Shown piece after piece: positions 10,532 through 20,410 of a stretch of 64,000 bases of DNA (positions are counted from its first letter, which is position 1; every line of letters begins with the position of its first letter). A model generated the notes under the pieces. That model worked only from the letters and a program-made list of their open reading frames with translations. It was not told the origin of the DNA and did no database searches. The stretch lies in assembly GCA_046313635.1 (NCBI GenBank), contig JBKBYA010000006.1, positions 32,001 through 96,000 on the forward strand, given 5' to 3'. The stretch comes from Pyrinomonadaceae bacterium (GTDB lineage Bacteria; Acidobacteriota; Blastocatellia; Pyrinomonadales; Pyrinomonadaceae). A program made the position numbers and the translations under genes.

Positions 10532-10680
10532 GTTAAGTGTGAGTGGTGAGTGGTGAACGGTGAGTGTTGAACGATGAGTTTGGAACAACCAAGCCGCGCG
10601 TCTCGCATCTCTTACCGCTCACCATTCACCGTTCACAGTTCACCGCTAACATCCACTCACCGTTCACCACTCACACTTCT
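10532..10680. repeat. Inverted pair of heptamer tandem arrays (GTGARYG / CRYTCAC) between convergent genes
   Basis: About 7 heptamers at 10532-10580 and about 9 complementary ones at 10609-10674. AAGTGTGAGTGGTGA (10535-10549) pairs perfectly with TCACCACTCACACTT (10664-10678). Confidence 0.9.
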
Positions 10681-10697
10681 ACACTAAAACTCGCCGC

Positions 10698-12449
10698 TCA
10701 CTTCTTCTCATAAAATCGCCAACGCGACTCGTAATCTCTCGGCAGCTTCCGATCCGTCAAGATCGCACGCACCATCTCGACCGGGATCGAGCCCTCACGC
10801 AGTATGCGGTCGTGAAATTCGCGATCGGTCATTTTTTTGCTGTCGACGAGCTCGTCGTGCAGGGCGTAAAACTGAAGGCCGCCGATCATATACGCGATCT
10901 GGTAAAGCGGGCCGTAGTCGCCCGAGAACGAACGCCGCACCTCGCCGAGCGCGTTCTCGCGCTCATGGCCGACTCGCTCGACCAGGAAGTCGACGGCCTC
11001 CTGCGGCGTCATCTTTTCGAGATGGAAGTTAAGGCTGAAGATGATCCGGGCGCACCGGTGCATCCGCCAAAAGAGCGCTCCGACGCGGTCCTCGGGCCTG
11101 CGATGAAAGCCCTTGTCCCACAGCAGGAATTCCCAATACAGCGCCCAGCCCTCGGTCCAAAACGGCGTGCGGAACAAATCGCGATACGGCCTGTACCTGC
11201 GATTCATGAACTGCTGCAGGTGATGGCCCGGAATGAGCTCGTGATGCGTCACCGCGCGTGCAAAGTGCGGGTTGTTGCCGCGCATCGACATCATCTTTTG
11301 CTCGTGCGTCATCCCGCTCGTCGGGTACGAAACGAGTATCGTCTCGCCGCCCAAGAAGAACGGCGCGACCAACTGCCGTTCGGGCGTCATCATCTCCATC
11401 CGCCACGTCTCTTTCGCCATGGGCGGGACGGTTACGAGGTTGTTCTTTTCGACAAAGTCGATCGCCTCGAGCGCGAGCGTGCGAATAAGCTCGGGCTGTT
11501 TGCCCGGCTCGACGTATTTTTGTTTGACGGCCTCGAGAGCTCGCTTCCAGTCGTCGCCGTAGCCCATCTCGCGCGAGGCCTTTTTCATCTCGGCCTCGCA
11601 CCAAGCGAATTCTTTGTTCGCGATCTCGACGAGCTCCTCGGGCGTGTACGGGATCATCTCAAACTTCAGCTCCTCTAGCAGCGCGTCGCGGCCGATCGGG
11701 TCGCCGATGATCGTCGTCTTGTCGTCAGCTTTTATACCGACGAGTTTCTCCGTTACGAACGTCGCGTACTTGCCGAGCGCTTCGTCGGCCGTCTTGTACG
11801 GGTCGGCGTTCCACCACGAGAACATCGGATCGTAGCCGTTGTAGAACGTGAACCAGTTCTTCAAAGTCTGCCGCAGGCTCGCGACCGCGCGTGCGGCGCG
11901 ATTGGCGACGGTGCGCTTCGGCTTAGCGGCGTTCGCCGCCTCGAATGAGCGCTGCGTGTCGGCGATCTGTTTAGCAAGGTCGTTCAGCGTCGCTGCGGCC
12001 TTTGCCGGATCGATCGGTTCCATCCGACGCCGCGAGTCTTCGAGATCGCTGATCGCCTTGGCAAAAGGCACGAGAGCTATCATCTCATCTAACTGTCGCC
12101 GCATTCTCGCGAGCTCTCTTTGCTCGTGCTCGAGATAGTTTTTGAAAAGGATGTAATCGACCTGCTCGTCCGTGTTGAGCATGTCGAAATTCAGCCTCGC
12201 GAGCACCGTCAGCTCGTCCGCATACAAACGCGATATCCGCTCAGCCCGGTTCGCCGAGAACGGCGCCGAGTACCACCGGTTGAGCGCCCCATAGTCCTGC
12301 TCAAACTTCTCGATCACACCCCGCAGCCGTGACGGCGGCTCGTTGTAATGCGCGAGCTGATCGCGAGCGGTCGTCTGGGCAACGACGCCAACCCATACCA
12401 ACAGAGCGAGAGATAGAACCCGGACGGAATCCCGTAGTTTGATCAACAT
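10698..12449 (-). CDS. DUF885 family secreted protein (metallopeptidase-like)
   Basis: Signal peptide; HHELIPGHHLQ, TEGWALYWE and AYMIGGLQ motifs. Confidence 0.88.
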   Translation of the reverse strand: MLIKLRDSVRVLSLALLVWVGVVAQTTARDQLAHYNEPPSRLRGVIEKFEQDYGALNRWYSAPFSANRAERISRLYADELTVLARLNFDMLNTDEQVDYILFKNYLEHEQRELARMRRQLDEMIALVPFAKAISDLEDSRRRMEPIDPAKAAATLNDLAKQIADTQRSFEAANAAKPKRTVANRAARAVASLRQTLKNWFTFYNGYDPMFSWWNADPYKTADEALGKYATFVTEKLVGIKADDKTTIIGDPIGRDALLEELKFEMIPYTPEELVEIANKEFAWCEAEMKKASREMGYGDDWKRALEAVKQKYVEPGKQPELIRTLALEAIDFVEKNNLVTVPPMAKETWRMEMMTPERQLVAPFFLGGETILVSYPTSGMTHEQKMMSMRGNNPHFARAVTHHELIPGHHLQQFMNRRYRPYRDLFRTPFWTEGWALYWEFLLWDKGFHRRPEDRVGALFWRMHRCARIIFSLNFHLEKMTPQEAVDFLVERVGHERENALGEVRRSFSGDYGPLYQIAYMIGGLQFYALHDELVDSKKMTDREFHDRILREGSIPVEMVRAILTDRKLPRDYESRWRFYEKK

Positions 12450-12461
12450 AGATTTTGTGAA

Positions 12462-12806
12462 TCATTCGAGCGGCTTTGTACGCGCCAACACCATCCAAGG
12501 CAAGGCGACACCGCCGGCGATCCCCACAGCAACGATAATTACGAATATCAGTGACCAACCCAAAACTCGGAAGACATCGTTTAACCAACCATCCGAGAGC
12601 CAGGCGAACGTCAGAGTGGCTACTCCCGTACACGCAACTTGCGCCGCCATCGATGCGAGAAGAACGATCAGCTGGCGAAAAGAGGAAAGCCGGGCATACT
12701 TTGCCAACAGTAGAATCTGAATTGGCAAGCTCACCAGGAAAAACGGAGCGGAGAGGAGTGTGAGAATTAAGACAAATTCAAAGATCGTGATCGAGGAGGT
12801 ATCCAT
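12462..12806 (-). CDS. Hypothetical membrane protein
   Basis: 114 aa with three hydrophobic segments; co-oriented with and 12 nt from the DUF885 gene; locally lower GC. Confidence 0.55.
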   Translation of the reverse strand: MDTSSITIFEFVLILTLLSAPFFLVSLPIQILLLAKYARLSSFRQLIVLLASMAAQVACTGVATLTFAWLSDGWLNDVFRVLGWSLIFVIIVAVGIAGGVALPWMVLARTKPLE

Positions 12807-12930
12807 AGGTCCGCTCGTTGGCTTACTGCTGCTGCGATTCTAAATCAATTCCCGACTAACGAGTTACCCCTTGCCCTTCTTGTTTCCGTACTACAGGAAT
12901 ACCATTGATGCATTTACTTCTTCTTTATTC

Positions 12931-13092
12931 GGCTGTGCCGCAGTGCTGTGCGGAAAGGCTCTGCCTTTCCGGTAGTGGTTATTTCTGATCTCTTTGAGGC
13001 TACGCCTTCGAGCGGCGGAGGCATAGCTTCCTGATAATCTGGGAAGCCTGACGGAAGGGTGCAGCCCTTCCGCACAGCAGTGCGGCACAGCC
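12931..13092. repeat. REPIN-like element: two 41-bp REP-like arms in inverted orientation with inner hairpins
   Basis: Left arm GGCTGTGCCGCAGTGCTGTGCGGAAAGGCTCTGCCTTTCCG (12931-12971). Reverse complement of the right arm (13052-13092) is GGCTGTGCCGCACTGCTGTGCGGAAGGGCTGCACCCTTCCG. Confidence 0.85.
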
Positions 13093-13149
13093 TCGAAGGA
13101 AATGGCCGTTTTGAGAATCTCGCTCCGCGGGCTGTGCGATCTGCCGGGA

Positions 13150-14334
13150 TCAACAGCTAAGTTCCGCCAGAAAACTCTCCCCGTCCTTCAACTCCAAACC
13201 GAAATTCTCCGCGATGGTCTGGCCGATGTCGGCGAGGCTTTCTCTCGTGCCCAGGTTTACGCCAGCCTTGGCGGACTTGCCGTAGACGAGGAGCGGGGCG
13301 TATTCGCGGGTGTGGTCTGAGCCGCGGTAGGTCGGGTCGTTGCCGTGGTCGGCTGTGATGACGAGCAGATCGGAAGCTCGCATCGCGGCGAAGATGTCGG
13401 GCAGACGAGCGTCAAAGTGCTCGAGCGCTCGGGCGTAACCTTCCGGATCGCGACGGTGGCCGTAGAGCATGTCAAAGTCAACGAGGTTGCTGAAGATAAG
13501 CCCGCGTGATTCGTCATTCAACGCATTGATCGTCTGGTCGATCGCCTGCTCGTTGTTCTTCGCGACGAGATCGCGTGTCACGCCGAGGCCGTCGTAGATC
13601 GAAGCGATCTTGCCGATGCAGACGACATCGAGGCCGGCGTCGGCGAGCATCGGAAGAAGGTTCTCTCGCGGCGGCGGCACGGCGTAATCGTGACGATTCT
13701 CGGTGCGTTTGAAATCGCTCGCGGTCTGACCGACAAAAGGGCGGGCGATCACGCGGCCGACCTTGTGCTCGCCGTCGAGTATTCGCCGCGCGATCTCGCA
13801 CATTTCGTAGAGACGTTCGACGGGCACGACCTCTTCGTGCGCGGCGATCTGAAAGACCGAGTCGGCCGAGGTGTACACGATCGGCTTGCCGGTGCGGACG
13901 TGCTCCTCGCCCAATTCCTTGATGATCTCTGTGCCCGACGCGGGAACGTTGCCGAGAATGCCGGGCACTCTTGCTTCGCTGATAAATCTGTCGACGACGT
14001 CCGACGGGAAACCGTTCGGGTAGGTCGGGAATGCTTTCTTCAAAACGATGCCGGCCATCTCCCAGTGACCGGTCGTCGTGTCCTTGCCGTTCGACTTGAG
14101 CGCGCATTTGCCGTACGAGCCGATCGGATCTTCGATCGCCGGAAGGTTCTCTAACGGTCGAATATTGCCGAGGCCGAGGCTTTGAAGATTCGGGACGTTC
14201 ACCTTTCGTCCCTTGAAAATGTTGCCGAGCGTGTCGGCACCCGCGTCGCCCCACGCCGCGGCGTCGGGCATCTCGCCGATACCGGCCGAGTCGAGAACGA
14301 TCAGACAAATGCGCTGAAAAGGAGCGTTGGACAT
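13150..14334 (-). CDS. deoB: Phosphopentomutase
   Basis: VLDSAGIG, GKDTTTGHWE, YTSADSVFQIAAH, DFDMLYGHRRD, TADHGNDP and DHTRE motifs. Confidence 0.96.
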   Translation of the reverse strand: MSNAPFQRICLIVLDSAGIGEMPDAAAWGDAGADTLGNIFKGRKVNVPNLQSLGLGNIRPLENLPAIEDPIGSYGKCALKSNGKDTTTGHWEMAGIVLKKAFPTYPNGFPSDVVDRFISEARVPGILGNVPASGTEIIKELGEEHVRTGKPIVYTSADSVFQIAAHEEVVPVERLYEMCEIARRILDGEHKVGRVIARPFVGQTASDFKRTENRHDYAVPPPRENLLPMLADAGLDVVCIGKIASIYDGLGVTRDLVAKNNEQAIDQTINALNDESRGLIFSNLVDFDMLYGHRRDPEGYARALEHFDARLPDIFAAMRASDLLVITADHGNDPTYRGSDHTREYAPLLVYGKSAKAGVNLGTRESLADIGQTIAENFGLELKDGESFLAELSC

Positions 14335-14400
14335 AGGGACGATTTTAGGTTGTGACACGTCGAAAATAAAAACCGACCGCAATGTGGGAATGACCTGGGC

Positions 14401-15531
14401 CTAACGCGCCGGTGCGGTGTAGCCTTCTCGGGCTCTCACTTGTGTTCCGGGCGGCAGGCCTTTCAGCTCGATGCGGATCTTGCGCCAACCGCCGTCACGT
14501 TTGTTGTTCGATGAATAGTAGCCGAGCCGGTACTGAGTGCCGATGGTCTCGGCGATCGAGCGAAAGGCGAGCCGCGCGTCGCTGAGGTCCGCGGCGGGAA
14601 AGACCTTGCCGCCCGACGCGCGCGCAAAGCTCGAGATCTCGTCATTCGCGATCTCGTAGAGGCGCTTGCTGATGGCGAGTTTTTCAAAATCGCCGAGCTT
14701 GCAAAAGTCTTCGGTCCGCTCGAGCTTGTCGCCGGCCGCGCCAAAGCCGCGATAGTAACGGCGGATCTGCGCCGCCGAAAATCGCATCGCGCCGATGCAG
14801 TTGCCGAGCAGATTCTCTTCAAAGAAGGGCCGCGTGTTGACCTGGATAAAGAACGCGACGACGCCCGCCCTTGCGAGCAGTTCCCTTCCCTCGGCAAAGT
14901 CCGTCGCGCTCGTCGAATCGACGCCGTCCGTCAGCGCGACAAGCGCTCGTCGGCCGCGGTATTCCGGTGCCGGTTCGCCACGAAAAACGTTGGTCGCGAT
15001 CTCGACAAGGCTGTCGTAATACGGCGTGCCGTTGCTCGTGCCGACACGGTCGAGGGCCGCGGCGAGAGCGGTGCGATCGTTGGTCAGGGGACTGACGATC
15101 TCGACGGCCGGGGCCGCGCGGTCCGCGTCGCGAACCGTTTTGAACGACACGATCGCCACGCGGTCGCCCGGCCTTAAGCCTGCGATGAAACTCTGCGCCG
15201 AGCGGCGGATAAGCTCGATCTCTGAACGCGTCGACCCCGAGGTATCGAGCAGCAGAGCGACCTCGAACGGCGCTGATGTCGCCGAGAATTCCTCGATCTG
15301 CTGAGGAGCTCCGTCCTCAAAAACGCGGAAGTTCTCTTTCTTAAGATCGAGCACGGCCTTGCCGCTCTTATCGGTCACGACGACCGGCACGTCGACGAGT
15401 TCTGTCTCGACACGAACGACGTCGTCATCCTTGTCTGGCGGCGGTGTGGGTAAAGCGACAGGCTTCTGCTGTGCGGAGACCGCGGCCGAGAGCACCGCGA
15501 AAAGAACAAACAACGTTCTTAGTGAAGACAT
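14401..15531 (-). CDS. Secreted VWA-domain protein (acidobacterial VWFA type)
   Basis: Signal peptide; VVRVETELVDVPVVV; MIDAS DTSGS; TDGVD; QYRLGYY. Confidence 0.88.
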   Translation of the reverse strand: MSSLRTLFVLFAVLSAAVSAQQKPVALPTPPPDKDDDVVRVETELVDVPVVVTDKSGKAVLDLKKENFRVFEDGAPQQIEEFSATSAPFEVALLLDTSGSTRSEIELIRRSAQSFIAGLRPGDRVAIVSFKTVRDADRAAPAVEIVSPLTNDRTALAAALDRVGTSNGTPYYDSLVEIATNVFRGEPAPEYRGRRALVALTDGVDSTSATDFAEGRELLARAGVVAFFIQVNTRPFFEENLLGNCIGAMRFSAAQIRRYYRGFGAAGDKLERTEDFCKLGDFEKLAISKRLYEIANDEISSFARASGGKVFPAADLSDARLAFRSIAETIGTQYRLGYYSSNNKRDGGWRKIRIELKGLPPGTQVRAREGYTAPAR

Positions 15532-15710
15532 AGTAAGCAAACCGTCGAGCAACGACACGATTGTACCAAATCGAACAAGTGCCGCCGGCACGATCCGGAC
15601 CGAAGCGAAGCGTCAAACCTGCCGGCGGCCGGGTCTCGCTGTGATAACATCTCAGCCGATCGTCCGTTAGATATTCTCGATGCCGCGGGCACGCGCTGCG
15701 AGGTCCAATT

Positions 15711-17306
15711 ATGAAAACTCGTCTCTCTATCGTCGCTCTCGTCCTTTGTTTGTCCGCCGCCGCGGGCCTCGCCTCTGGCCAGGTGCTCATCAACGAGATC
15801 TCGGCCGACCCGCCGGGCGTCGACGGGCCGTGCGAATATTACGAACTGCGCGGCACCCCGCTTGCGAGCGTGCCAAACATCTACTTTGTTCAGTTCCAGG
15901 GAAATCTCGAGCTCAATCCCGGCGGCGCGATGGTCGTGGTCTCGACGCCTTCGCTGAGCTTTGGATCGAACGGGCTTTTTGCCTTTGTCGGCACCCAGCC
16001 GTGCGGCTCGCGGACGTATCCGGCCGAGACGCTCGTCATCTCGAATGCGTTCATGGACGGGCCCGATACGATCAAGAACGGGACGCAGTCCTATTTCGTG
16101 ATCAGCAGCACCACGGCGCTTACTCCGAATTTCGATTACGACGCCAACAACGACGGGGTACTGGAGCTGCCGGCCGGCGCGTCGGTGATCGACAGCATCG
16201 CTTTCAGCGACGGCGGCACCGGCGACTTCACGTACGCGCCGGCGCTGACGGCGAGCGGCGGCGCGGTCGGCGCGGCGACGCGCTTTGTAAACAATTCGAC
16301 CGCCAACTCGGCGGCGGCCTGGTTTGGCGGCGCCCTCGACGGCACGGCAAACTCGTCCGTTTATTACAGCACCACGGTCAGGACGGCCAACTTCCCGCAG
16401 CCGCCGCTGCTCGGCGTGCTGACGCCCGCGGCGCCGAACAATCTGATCGTTGTCGACAATTTCGCTAGGCCGCCCTTTGACTTTGACGGCGACCAGAAGA
16501 CGGACATATCGGTCTTTAGGCCAAACGCGAACGCCGAGTGGTGGATGCTGCGCTCCTCGAACGGCTCGGTCTATGCCTCGCAATTCGGGACGAGCAGCGA
16601 CGTCCCGACGCCCGCTGATTTTACCGGCGACGGCAAGACTGACATCGCGTTCTATCGACCGTCGGCCGGACAGTGGTTTGTGCTGCGCAGCGAGGACCAG
16701 ACGTTCTACGCTTTCCCCTTCGGCGTCAATACAGACACGCCTGCGCCGGCCGATTACGACGGCGACGGCCGAGCGGATGCCGCTGTCTATCGGCCGGGCG
16801 GCACTTGGTTCATCGCCAGGTCGACCGGCGGCGTCCAAACGACGCAGTTCGGCATCGCCGGCGACAAGCCTGTCGCAGCGGACTACAACGGCGACGGCAA
16901 GGCCGATATCGCGGTGTTTCGTCCGAGCGGCGGCTCGGGCAGCGCTGAATGGTGGATCCTTTACAGCAGCGGCGGCACATTCGCGGCGGCCTTCGGCTCC
17001 TCGACCGACAAGACCGTGCCGGGCGACTATACGGGCGACGGCAAGGCCGACATCGCGTTCTTTAGACCGTCTAACGGAAACTGGTTCGTGCTCCGCAGCG
17101 AGAACCAGAGCTTTTTCGCATTCCCCTTCGGCACGTCAGGCGATCAGATAGCACCGGGCGATTACGACGGCGACGGCAAGTTCGACGCCGCCGTCTATCG
17201 AGCGTCGGCGCAGACGTGGTACGTCAATCGAAGCACGGGCGGCGTGCAGATCGTGAACTTCGGCGCGGCGTCGGACCAGGCGGTCCCGAGCATATACGTC
17301 CGGTGA
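15711..17306 (+). CDS. Secreted protein with lamin-tail-like N-terminal domain and six FG-GAP-like repeats
   Basis: Signal peptide; VLINEISADPPGVDGPCEYYELRG; six D(F/Y)xGD repeats. Confidence 0.85.
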   Translation: MKTRLSIVALVLCLSAAAGLASGQVLINEISADPPGVDGPCEYYELRGTPLASVPNIYFVQFQGNLELNPGGAMVVVSTPSLSFGSNGLFAFVGTQPCGSRTYPAETLVISNAFMDGPDTIKNGTQSYFVISSTTALTPNFDYDANNDGVLELPAGASVIDSIAFSDGGTGDFTYAPALTASGGAVGAATRFVNNSTANSAAAWFGGALDGTANSSVYYSTTVRTANFPQPPLLGVLTPAAPNNLIVVDNFARPPFDFDGDQKTDISVFRPNANAEWWMLRSSNGSVYASQFGTSSDVPTPADFTGDGKTDIAFYRPSAGQWFVLRSEDQTFYAFPFGVNTDTPAPADYDGDGRADAAVYRPGGTWFIARSTGGVQTTQFGIAGDKPVAADYNGDGKADIAVFRPSGGSGSAEWWILYSSGGTFAAAFGSSTDKTVPGDYTGDGKADIAFFRPSNGNWFVLRSENQSFFAFPFGTSGDQIAPGDYDGDGKFDAAVYRASAQTWYVNRSTGGVQIVNFGAASDQAVPSIYVR

Positions 17307-17677
17307 CGGGCCGCACGCGAGACAGTTCTGCGGCCGGGCCGGTATCGGCCCGGCGGCCGTGAAATCCAGCCGCCGGAAAGCCGCGGCCGCACGCCCGGTC
17401 ACGGATTGTTTTGTGCTATTATCTCCACGTTCACACCCGGACCATCGATTCGAAAAGTGCGCCGCCCGTGTGGCTGTATCCTCATTCTCAGTTCGATGAG
17501 ACCGCCGGTGTGCCGAAAAGAAATCGAGCTCTCAGTCTTGAATACTCCTGCCGCTCTGCGGACGCGAGTGCGATCTTGAAAGGTCGCTCCTCGAGCCCGC
17601 GGGCCAGGAACCTCACGAGACCCTGACGTTCGGTTACTCCCTCTGTTCTCGATCACGAAATTGGAGAAATTTGTTAA

Positions 17678-19381
17678 ATGCGAAGTAGATCTACAATACT
17701 AACCGCTTCGATCGTCTCATCTGTGTCGCTGGCATTTGCACTGTTTGCCGGTGTGCTGGCTCAGAATGCGTTTGCTCAAACGCCCTTGCTCGTTGAGGAT
17801 TTCACGTATCCGGTCGGGTCCGCCCTCACCGCCAACGGCTGGACCGCTCACAGCGGTGCGGGGACAAATACGATCGTAACCTCGGCCCCGAGCCTCGTGC
17901 TGTCGGGCTACCCCGGCTCGGGCGTCGGCAATGCCGTCACGCTCGCGACGAGCGGCGAGGACGTGAATCGCCCGTTCGCGGCACAAAGTACGGGCTCGGT
18001 GTTTGCGGCGTTTCTTGTAAATGTTTCCGACGCCTCGACCGACCCGGCGGGCGGATACTTTTTTCACCTCGGTCCCGACCCGGTCGGCACGACCTTTCGG
18101 GGCCGCGTATTCGTCAAGAAGGATGCGTCCAATAACATCGCATTCGGTATCTCAAAGGCTCTGACCGCCTCGACCGATGTTGCCTTCACCCCGTTCAGCT
18201 ACGCTCTCAACACGACGTATCTGATCGTCGTCAAATACACGATAGTCGATGGCACCGCCAATGACACCGTATCGATGTATGTCGGCACGACCGTTCCGTC
18301 GACAGAGCCTGCACCGACGGTGACGGCGACCGACACCACGCAGACAGACGTCAGTCCGGCAACCGTCTCGCTCAGGCAGGGCTCGGCCACCACGGCTCCG
18401 ACCGCGCGGGTTGACGCGATCCGTGTCGGGACGACATGGGCCTCGGTGACCCAGGGCTCGACAGTTAATCAGCAGCACGTCATCGACTTTAACGGCGACG
18501 GCAAGACCGACTTTGCGGTGGTCCGCAATACGGGCGGCGGCACGGGCGGGCAGGTGACATGGTTCATCAATCTCAACGGTACGGGGACGACCAACGGCTA
18601 CCAATGGGGTCTCGCGACCGACTACTTCGTCCCGGTAGATTACGACGGCGACCGAAAGACCGACATTGCGGTCTGGCGGCCGGTCGCGACCGGGCAGCCC
18701 TCGGGCAACGCGTATTTTTACATTTTGCAGAGCCAGACAAATACGGTGCGGATCGAGGACTTTGGGCAGAGCGGTGACGACCCGACCGTGGTCGGCGATT
18801 ATAACGGCGACGGCAAGGCCGATGTAGCGGTCTACCGAGCGGGAGCTGCATCCGGTCAACAGAGTACCTGGTTTTACAGAACCGCTCCCGGCGGCCCAGT
18901 GATCTATGCTCCGTGGGGGCAGAATGGAGACTTTCCCGCCCCGGGCGATTACGACGGCGACGGCAAGGGCGACTTTGTCGTTCAGCGCAACAACGGCGGC
19001 GGGCAGGCCCGCTTCTGGATGCAGCAATCGACCGCGGGCTTTAACTCGATCGTATTCGGCACACCGTCCGACACGATCGTCCCCGGCGACTACGACGGTG
19101 ACGGCAAGACCGACATTGCGGTCGTGCGTGCATCGGCCGGGCAGATCCACTGGTTCGTACGGCCGAGCTCGACCGGAACGATCAGCGGCGGACCGACGGC
19201 CATCTTTGGAGCGTCGGCGACCGACAATATCGCTCACGGCGATTACGACGGAGACGGCAAGACCGATTTTGCCGTTTGGCGGCAGGGCACGTTCTGGGTG
19301 CTCGGGTCGACCAGCGGCCTGATGGGTGCGAGCTTTGGCGCCGCGGGCGATTACCCGCTGGCTAACTTCAACACTCACTGA
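17678..19381 (+). CDS. Secreted protein with beta-sandwich N-terminal domain and six FG-GAP-like repeats
   Basis: GGAG RBS; signal peptide; EDFTYPVG...NGWTAHSG N-domain; six DxxGD repeats. Confidence 0.85.
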   Translation: MRSRSTILTASIVSSVSLAFALFAGVLAQNAFAQTPLLVEDFTYPVGSALTANGWTAHSGAGTNTIVTSAPSLVLSGYPGSGVGNAVTLATSGEDVNRPFAAQSTGSVFAAFLVNVSDASTDPAGGYFFHLGPDPVGTTFRGRVFVKKDASNNIAFGISKALTASTDVAFTPFSYALNTTYLIVVKYTIVDGTANDTVSMYVGTTVPSTEPAPTVTATDTTQTDVSPATVSLRQGSATTAPTARVDAIRVGTTWASVTQGSTVNQQHVIDFNGDGKTDFAVVRNTGGGTGGQVTWFINLNGTGTTNGYQWGLATDYFVPVDYDGDRKTDIAVWRPVATGQPSGNAYFYILQSQTNTVRIEDFGQSGDDPTVVGDYNGDGKADVAVYRAGAASGQQSTWFYRTAPGGPVIYAPWGQNGDFPAPGDYDGDGKGDFVVQRNNGGGQARFWMQQSTAGFNSIVFGTPSDTIVPGDYDGDGKTDIAVVRASAGQIHWFVRPSSTGTISGGPTAIFGASATDNIAHGDYDGDGKTDFAVWRQGTFWVLGSTSGLMGASFGAAGDYPLANFNTH

Positions 19382-19397
19382 TCGGCCGACATCAAGC

Positions 19398-19439
19398 AAA
19401 AAAAGCCTGAGCGCAAATGACGCTCAGGCTTTTTTTTTT
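19398..19439. terminator. Bidirectional intrinsic terminator
   Basis: A7-GCCTGAGCG-caaatga-CGCTCAGGC-T10 between convergent genes. Confidence 0.9.
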
Positions 19440-19454
19440 CGGCTCGCGGCCGGC

Positions 19455-19781
19455 CTATATGTATTTCTCGACGACCTTTGCGATCGCTTCTCGCGAGACG
19501 GCGCCGACGATCCGCTCCTGCTCCTGGCCGCCCTTGAAGACGATCAGCGTCGGGATGCCTCGGATGCCGTACTGCTGCGGCACGTTCATATTCTCGTCGA
19601 CATTCATCTTATAAACGCCGGCCTTGCCCTCAAACTGTTCGGCGACAGCCTCGACCGAAGGGGCGATCATACGGCACGGCCCGCACCATTCGGCCCAAAA
19701 ATCAACGAGAACCGGCTTGTCTGAACTCAAGACGTTCGCTTCAAAATCCGAATCGGTAACCGACTTTGCAAAATTTCCCAT
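19455..19781 (-). CDS. trxA: Thioredoxin
   Basis: VDFWAEWCGPC and GIRGIPTL motifs; 108 aa from ATG 19781. Confidence 0.95.
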   Translation of the reverse strand: MGNFAKSVTDSDFEANVLSSDKPVLVDFWAEWCGPCRMIAPSVEAVAEQFEGKAGVYKMNVDENMNVPQQYGIRGIPTLIVFKGGQEQERIVGAVSREAIAKVVEKYI

Positions 19782-19942
19782 TTTCAATGCTCCTGATCGA
19801 TATCTTTTATAACGGGCATCCGCTTGTCGACGGATGCCCTGAATAATGACTATATGGTAGCCCGCAGTTCCGGTATTGACAAAAACGGTCGCGGCCGCGG
19901 GCGTTCGTGAACTCTTCAGCTCGGCGGCTGCGCGATCGATCG

Positions 19943-20389
19943 TCAAGCGCCGGTCAACCCAGCGCCGCCGAACCGTGCGTCGAGCGTGATATCGGTTGCG
20001 GCGAGCGCCCGGCTGATCGGGCAAGACTTTTTCACGGTCTCTGCGACCTGCAAAAACTCGTCTTCGCTTACGCCGTCGACGCGAACCTGCACAGAGAGAT
20101 CGATCCGGTTTATCTTGAATCCCGCATCGTCCTTGCCAAGGAAAACCTTGGCCTCGGTCCTGACGTTTTCGGCCGGAGTGCCCCGTTTTTCGAGGCTCGC
20201 GTTGAGTGCCATCGAGTAGCAGCCGGCGAGGGCTGCGCCGATGAATTCCTCCGGGTTGCTACCTGGCTCATCGCCCATTCTCGTCGCGAATGAGAATCTG
20301 CCGTCATACGTACCGCTTCCGAGCACCATCCGGCCTTCGCCGTCGGTCAGCGTTCCCGTCCATTCCGCAATTGCCTTTCTTTCCGCCAT
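19943..20389 (-). CDS. osmC: OsmC family peroxiredoxin
   Basis: GSNPEEFIGAALAGC and CPISRAL motifs; GGGGAG RBS before ATG 20389. Confidence 0.92.
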   Translation of the reverse strand: MAERKAIAEWTGTLTDGEGRMVLGSGTYDGRFSFATRMGDEPGSNPEEFIGAALAGCYSMALNASLEKRGTPAENVRTEAKVFLGKDDAGFKINRIDLSVQVRVDGVSEDEFLQVAETVKKSCPISRALAATDITLDARFGGAGLTGA

Positions 20390-20410
20390 TTTGCTCTTCT
20401 CCCCTTGGTA

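Noticed and set aside
10100..10588. 162-aa minus-strand ORF beginning MFQTHRSTLTVHHSPLT
   Set aside because: Its N-terminus is the heptamer array and the rest is antisense to a membrane-protein gene.
12891..13153. Short ORFs across the REPIN-like element (also 43641-43886)
   Set aside because: They are translations of palindromic repeats with no RBS or protein-family features.
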